DNA from: Psychrobacter sp. DM4
GTDB taxonomy: Bacteria; Pseudomonadota; Gammaproteobacteria; Pseudomonadales; Moraxellaceae
Assembly: GCF_051307035.1 (NCBI RefSeq)
Contig: NZ_CP195536.1
Location: forward strand, 60,001-92,000
Length of the DNA stretch: 32,000 nt
Reading direction: 5' to 3'
Below, in pieces: positions 26,773 through 32,000 of the stretch; within the stretch, counting starts at the first letter, position 1, and the number at the start of each line of letters is the position of its first letter. The notes beneath the pieces were generated by a model that saw only the letters and a list, made by a program, of their open reading frames with translations, was not told the DNA's origin and made no database searches. The translations under genes were made by a program, and so were the position numbers.

Positions 26773-26801
26773 AACCCACCATTATGTTTGTGGGTTTTTT
26801 T
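26773..26801 (+). terminator. Rho-independent terminator/attenuator downstream of the initiator tRNA
   Basis: AACCCAC (26773-26779) pairs with GTGGGTT (26790-26796) and is followed by a T-run extending to 26801. Its position is analogous to the attenuator between metY and rimP in E. coli. Confidence 0.7.
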
Positions 26802-27109
26802 GTACCTAAAGCTCTGTGTTACCATGACACTTGTCTTACTATGCCAAACATTATTGCTGTATGGCACCTGCCTATCGAGCACAGTCATGTTTGTATCCTT
26901 ACGAGTAGTACGACCTCCTTTTAACGTCTCTTATAATACCTACTTGTTTATTTAAAGCGTTGTCCGTTTGATAAAATCAGGGTTAGAAGAGCTTGAGTCA
27001 GGCACTGCTAATATTCTTATAGCTAAATATATCGAGCAAAAAAGCAAGTTACACTATAGGCAATCGGCTAATAGAACGTAACAGGCCAATAGGAAAAAAT
27101 AAATACATT

Positions 27110-27610
27110 ATGAAATTATCAACCAAAGTTGCCGAATTAACCGCTATCATTGAGCCTGCCGTTGCCGCTTGTGATGTGTCGCTATGGGGCGTAGAATTTG
27201 TACCCCAAGGTCAGCGCTCTTTATTGCGTATCTATATAGAAGCATTGCCTGAAGAGCTGGCACAAGACAAGCAGGTCACTATTGAGAACTGCGCAGCAGT
27301 CAATCATCAAGTCAGCGGTATGTTGGAAGTGCATGATCCTATCGCAGGCGAGTTTATTTTAGAAGTATCCTCACCTGGTTTTGATCGTGCGTTCTTTTCA
27401 GAGTCGCAAATGCGTGATTATATCGGTCAAACGGTGAGCTTACGCCTAATACAAGCAATCGGACAGGGCGACAAAAAACGCCGCAAAGCGACAGGTAAGC
27501 TCGATAGTATGGATGACAACTCACTAACGCTTAGTGCCTCAGATGGCGAAGTGTTTCATATTGCTTTGAGTAATATCGACAAAGCCCATTTGATCTACGA
27601 AGATATGTAG
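27110..27610 (+). CDS. rimP: Ribosome maturation factor RimP
   Basis: The N-terminus is collinear with E. coli RimP (..LRIYI.. and EVSSPG..R). It sits upstream of nusA. Confidence 0.9.
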   Translation: MKLSTKVAELTAIIEPAVAACDVSLWGVEFVPQGQRSLLRIYIEALPEELAQDKQVTIENCAAVNHQVSGMLEVHDPIAGEFILEVSSPGFDRAFFSESQMRDYIGQTVSLRLIQAIGQGDKKRRKATGKLDSMDDNSLTLSASDGEVFHIALSNIDKAHLIYEDM

Positions 27611-27745
27611 CATTGAACATATGAGCTAACACCAAAAAATTTGAACCGTGAGCAGCTTGTAGTGACAATATTTGTAGTGATGATAAACATTACTACACAA
27701 ATGATAAGATATGAGTCAATAACAAAACGATAGGACAGGTATAGT

Positions 27746-29230
27746 ATGAGTCGTGAAATCTTAACGGTAGTGGAAACTGTTAGTAACGAGAAGGGATTGA
27801 ATCCTGAAGATATCTTTGAGGCCATCGAAGATGCTTTGGTAGTATCCACTAAGAAAAAGGTCTATACCGAACAGCCAGAAGTAGAGGTGCGTGTCGCAAT
27901 TAATCGTGATACGGGCGACTACGACACTTATCGTTATTGGACAGTTGTCGCTGACGAAGACCATGAGATGCCAGCCTGTCAGCTTGCGATCACTGATTTG
28001 GATCAAAACGAGTGGTCAATCGGTGACGTCAAAGAAGAGCAGATTGAATCCATCGAATTTGGTCGTATTGCTGCTACGCAAGCTAAACAAGTTATTATTC
28101 AAAAGATTCGTGAAGCTGAGCGTGCTTTGGTCGCTGATGCTTTTGAATCACGCATTGGTGAGATGATGTACGGCGAGGTCAAAAAACAAACTCGTGATGG
28201 TTACATAGTCGATCTAGGCGATAATGCTGAAGGTTATTTGTCACGCGATCAGATGCTACCGCGTGAGCAATTACGTGCCAAATCTCGTATTAATGCTATT
28301 CTTTATCACGTCAATCGTGAAAATCGCGGCGCCCAGTTACTGCTCTCACGTACGCATCCTGAGATGCTCTCAGCACTCATGCAAAAAGAAGTTCCTGAGA
28401 TTGCTGAAGAAATCATTGAGATTCGTAATGTCGCTCGTCTGCCAGGTACTCGTGCTAAAATAGCGGTTAAGACTAACGATCATCGTATTGACCCTGTTGG
28501 TGCTTGTATTGGTATGCGTGGTACGCGTATCCAAGCCGTACAGCAAGAGCTTGACGGTGAGCGTATTGATGTTGTCGTTTGGTCAGATGATCCTGCTCAG
28601 TTTATTATCAGCGCACTTGAGCCTGCTGATGTGAGTAGTATCATTTTGGACGAAGATACCAAAACGGCTGATATTGTCTTTAGCACTAACGATCAGTTAG
28701 CTCGCGCTATTGGCTCACAAGGTCAAAACGTACGTCTGGCCTCTGAGTTGACAGGTTATAAGCTCAATATGATGCTAGAAGAAGAGTATCAAGAGCGTCA
28801 AAAGAGCGAATCAAAAGCCTTCATTGACTTATTCTATGAGCGTTTAGAAGTGGATCGTGATCTGGCACAAGCCCTTGTTGACATAGGGTTTACGACTATC
28901 GAAGAAGTCGCTTATGTACCTGTTGAGACTTTCTATGACATCGAAGGCTTGGATGACGAAGCGATTGATATGATTCAAGAGCGCGCTAAAGAAGTCGTCA
29001 TCGCAGACGAGCTGGTCAAACAACAAAACATGAAAGAGCCAAGTCAAGAGTTGCAAGATCTTGAGGGTATGACTGTCAGCTTAGCCTATAAACTGGCACA
29101 AAAAGACATTATTACCGTTGATGACTTGGCGGAACAAGCTATCTTCGATATAGAAGATATCGAAGGCTTAGATAATGAAACCGCAGGAAAATTAATTATG
29201 AAAGCTCGGGAATCTTGGTTCGATGAATAG
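27746..29230 (+). CDS. nusA: Transcription termination/antitermination factor NusA
   Basis: The 494 aa protein has the N-terminal domain, S1, two KH domains (GACIGMRGTRIQ, AIGSQGQNVRLA) and an acidic C-terminal repeat region. Confidence 0.95.
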   Translation: MSREILTVVETVSNEKGLNPEDIFEAIEDALVVSTKKKVYTEQPEVEVRVAINRDTGDYDTYRYWTVVADEDHEMPACQLAITDLDQNEWSIGDVKEEQIESIEFGRIAATQAKQVIIQKIREAERALVADAFESRIGEMMYGEVKKQTRDGYIVDLGDNAEGYLSRDQMLPREQLRAKSRINAILYHVNRENRGAQLLLSRTHPEMLSALMQKEVPEIAEEIIEIRNVARLPGTRAKIAVKTNDHRIDPVGACIGMRGTRIQAVQQELDGERIDVVVWSDDPAQFIISALEPADVSSIILDEDTKTADIVFSTNDQLARAIGSQGQNVRLASELTGYKLNMMLEEEYQERQKSESKAFIDLFYERLEVDRDLAQALVDIGFTTIEEVAYVPVETFYDIEGLDDEAIDMIQERAKEVVIADELVKQQNMKEPSQELQDLEGMTVSLAYKLAQKDIITVDDLAEQAIFDIEDIEGLDNETAGKLIMKARESWFDE

Positions 29231-29396
29231 GCGCTAATCGCATATCGCTGTCTTTTGGTGATATGCTATCAACCATAAAGTGTGGGTGTTCTCCTTATTC
29301 TAAAGTTTAGTGGGACAACATTTGCCTTAACGCAATCATTTGTAGCCAACAATTGAATTGAAAATATAGCAAACAATAGACAGTAGGTGATAATAA

Positions 29397-32000
29397 ATGG
29401 CAGATAAGACCGTCAAAGAACTAGCAGAAATGGTCGGCAAAACCGCAAGTGCTGTAAAACAGCAATTGGTAGATGCCGGGCTGCCTGCTCGCGAAGAAAG
29501 TGATCTTGTCACTGAACGTGAGCAAGAACAGTTAGTGACGTATTTAAAACAAAGTCATGGTCAGCAAGAAAAGCGCCGTATAAGTCTTAAGTCTAAGACG
29601 ACAAGTACGGCGCGCGTGACCGGCTCCTCTGGTAAGTCAAAAAGTGTCAATGTTGAAGTACGTAAGAAAAAAGTATTTGACAAGCCTGATCCAGAAAAAA
29701 TGGCTGCAGAACTAGCGGCTCGTGAGCAAGCTCTAGTAGAATCGCAAGCTCGCGCTGCCAAAGACGCAGAAGAGCGGGCCGCTACCAAGAAAAAGTCAGA
29801 AGAGCGTCAAGCGGCAACGCTAGCTGCTATGCGTGCAAGCCTTGGCTCTAACAAGTCCTCTGATGACAAGAATGACGATGTTGCAGCCTCTGTTGTTGTC
29901 AAAAAAGGCGGTAAAGCGGCGGTTGAAGTTAAGCCAAAAGAGCAGCCTAAGAAAAAGGTTGCGGCGACTAAGCCAAAAGTTGAAACAGCGGCGGAGCGTA
30001 AAGCTCGCGAAGCACGTGAAAAAGAAGAGAATCGTCTGCGTGAAATCGAGACAGAAACTCGCCGCGTACAAGCTGAGGAGGCGCAAAAGCGTACCCTTGA
30101 GCAAATGCGTAAAATGGCAGGTAAATACAACGACCGTGAGCCTGTCGCAGAAGTTCGTAAAGACGAGCCGTTAGCCGAAGGTCTGGTTGGAGATGCGTTG
30201 GAGGAGTCGTTCGAAAAAGAACGTCGCGAAATCAAACGTGGCTCTAACAGCACAGGTGCTCGTGGTCGTCGTCGCAAAAACCAAGACGAGCGTGAGATTA
30301 AGAACCGCAAAAATGGTTTAACCTCAACGCAAGCTTCACAGCATAAGTTTGAAAAGCCCGTCGAAAAAATCGTCTACGATGTCGAAATCAGTGAACAAAT
30401 CGCGGTTTCAGACTTGGCTCAACGTATGGCAGTTAAAGCTCGCGAAGTCACCAAATTGCTCATGAAAATGGGCGAGATGGCACGCGAGTCTGACATGATA
30501 GATCAAGCGACAGCGAGTCTAATCGTAGAAGAGATGGGTCATAATCCAGTACCCGTTAGTGATACTAAAGTTGAAGACGATCTACATGATGCGGTCGATG
30601 AGCGTAGCAGTAACGTACAGACGCGTCCACCAGTCGTCACTATCATGGGTCATGTCGATCATGGTAAGACTTCACTACTCGATAAGATTCGTGAGACTAA
30701 AGTCGCAACAGGCGAGGCAGGCGGTATCACCCAGCATATCGGTGCTTACCATGTTAAAACCGATCGCGGCGTTATTACTTTCCTCGATACCCCAGGTCAC
30801 GCCGCCTTTAGTGCAATGCGTTCACGCGGCGCTCAGGCAACGGATATCGTCGTCTTAGTAGTCGCAGCTGACGATGGCATGATGCCGCAAACGGCAGAAG
30901 CGATTGATCATGCCCGCGCGGCGGGTACGCCTATTATCGTCGCTATCAATAAGATGGATAAGCCAAGCGCTGATCCTGATCGCGTCCTCAATGAGCTGAC
31001 CGCAAAAGAAGTAGTGTCAGAAGATTGGGGCGGCGATACGCCAATGGCCCGTATATCTGCCAAAACAGGTGACGGCATTGATGAGCTTTTAGAGCTCATT
31101 AGCTTACAATCTGAATTGATGGAACTAGAAGCACCTTTAGACGGTGCAGCTCAAGGCGTCGTCATTGAATCAAGGCTAGAAAAAGGTCGTGGTCCTGTCG
31201 TCAGCGTACTGGTCAAAAAAGGTACATTGAAGCAAGGCGATCTAGTCCTAGCAGGCGAGCACTATGGTAAAGTGCGTGCGCTAACGGACGAGCATGGCAA
31301 GCGTGTTAAATCAGCAGGTCCTTCTATACCTGTTGAGATCTTAGGGTTACCTGAGACGCCAGCGGCTGGTAGTGAATTCTTAGTCGTGACTGACGAGAAA
31401 AAAGCCCGTGAAGTCGCTGACTTTAGAGCCAATCGCGAGCGTGAGCGTCAACTTGAACGTCAAAATGCCATGCGTCTAGAGAGCATGTTCGATCAGATGG
31501 AACAAGGCGATGTGTCTTTCTTAAATATCGTACTCAAGACTGATGTCCGCGGTTCTCTTGAAGCGCTCCTTTCAGCGCTTAACGAGCTATCTACTGACGA
31601 AGTTAAAGTCAGGGTTATCAGCTCAGGCGTCGGCCCGATCTCTGAATCTGACGTCACGCTTGCTGAATCTAGTGAAGCGGTACTATTAGGATTCAACGTC
31701 CGTGCAGATGCGACCGCACGCCGCAAAGCTGATAGCGCCGATATGGATATCCGCTACTACAGTGTCATCTATGGTCTAATCGACGATGTCAAAGCGGCCA
31801 TGAGTGGTATGCTCGCGCCTGAACATCGCGAGAAGATACTTGGTGTGGCTGATGTCCGCGAAGTGTTCCGCTCTAGTAAGTTTGGTGCAGCTGCCGGTTG
31901 TATGGTGGTTGAAGGTACTATTTATCGCAACAAACCCATTCGTGTACTACGTGATGACCAAGTTATCTTTACCGGTCAATTGCAATCGTTACGTCGTTAC
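29397..32000 (+). CDS. infB: Translation initiation factor IF-2, 3' end beyond the window (868 codons visible)
   Basis: This ORF is not in the supplied track because it has no stop codon within the window. The ATG at 29397 has AGGTGA 6 nt upstream. The N-terminus is [15 protein letters not shown], followed by a K/E/A/R-rich region. The G-domain [12 protein letters not shown] begins in frame at ~30648. The frame stays open to nt 32000. Confidence 0.95.
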   Translation, partial: MADKTVKELAEMVGKTASAVKQQLVDAGLPAREESDLVTEREQEQLVTYLKQSHGQQEKRRISLKSKTTSTARVTGSSGKSKSVNVEVRKKKVFDKPDPEKMAAELAAREQALVESQARAAKDAEERAATKKKSEERQAATLAAMRASLGSNKSSDDKNDDVAASVVVKKGGKAAVEVKPKEQPKKKVAATKPKVETAAERKAREAREKEENRLREIETETRRVQAEEAQKRTLEQMRKMAGKYNDREPVAEVRKDEPLAEGLVGDALEESFEKERREIKRGSNSTGARGRRRKNQDEREIKNRKNGLTSTQASQHKFEKPVEKIVYDVEISEQIAVSDLAQRMAVKAREVTKLLMKMGEMARESDMIDQATASLIVEEMGHNPVPVSDTKVEDDLHDAVDERSSNVQTRPPVVTIMGHVDHGKTSLLDKIRETKVATGEAGGITQHIGAYHVKTDRGVITFLDTPGHAAFSAMRSRGAQATDIVVLVVAADDGMMPQTAEAIDHARAAGTPIIVAINKMDKPSADPDRVLNELTAKEVVSEDWGGDTPMARISAKTGDGIDELLELISLQSELMELEAPLDGAAQGVVIESRLEKGRGPVVSVLVKKGTLKQGDLVLAGEHYGKVRALTDEHGKRVKSAGPSIPVEILGLPETPAAGSEFLVVTDEKKAREVADFRANRERERQLERQNAMRLESMFDQMEQGDVSFLNIVLKTDVRGSLEALLSALNELSTDEVKVRVISSGVGPISESDVTLAESSEAVLLGFNVRADATARRKADSADMDIRYYSVIYGLIDDVKAAMSGMLAPEHREKILGVADVREVFRSSKFGAAAGCMVVEGTIYRNKPIRVLRDDQVIFTGQLQSLRRY

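Noticed and set aside
26746-26955. 69 aa plus-strand ORF in the leader upstream of rimP
   Set aside because: It begins upstream of, and reads through, the terminator hairpin at 26773-26801. It has no Shine-Dalgarno, and its product is a Cys/Leu/Val-rich string with no motif. It is more likely untranslated leader.
29561-30310. Long minus-strand ORFs (29561-29788 and 29807-30310, 167 aa) and a plus-strand out-of-frame ORF (29833-30174) inside infB
   Set aside because: They lie entirely within the K/E/A/R-rich N-terminal region of IF-2. The biased, repetitive codon content of that region keeps alternative frames open. Their products are low-complexity R/S/A strings without start signals, so they are shadow ORFs.

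Overview
This is a chromosomal window from a gammaproteobacterium. Gene content and order look Moraxellaceae/Pseudomonadales-like (Psychrobacter/Acinetobacter type), but that is inference from synteny and protein motifs only. About 30 genes are present and almost all are housekeeping. In order they are: a 5'-truncated DUF4105-like gene, cbpA-cbpM, holC-pepA, an isochorismatase-family hydrolase, lptF-lptG, a small MTS-type methyltransferase, a DUF3817 membrane protein, and a minus-strand run of recN, yqgE, ruvX, a membrane protein, tusA, an NPPW methyltransferase and xerD. These are followed by ppnP, rlmB, coaE-pilD-pilC-pilB, and tpiA-secG-tRNA-Leu(GAG)-initiator tRNA-Met-rimP-nusA-infB, with infB running off the 3' edge. 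I saw no rRNA, CRISPR array, transposase or phage genes. The only clearly accessory segment lies at about 9.9-12.15 kb. It holds a markedly AT-rich orphan gene (10488-11627, minus) encoding a SEC-C zinc-motif protein with an unassignable ~340 aa body. Downstream of that gene is a ~600 bp non-coding stretch packed with nested perfect hairpins, and the segment is bracketed by two REP-like GTAG+palindrome repeats. This is my best candidate for something undescribed, but its function cannot be read from the sequence. Smaller oddities are also reported: an initiator tRNA with a U1/U72 mismatch, a convergent rlmB/coaE overlap, a tusA-methyltransferase-xerD operon, and insertions in PepA, TusA and RuvX.
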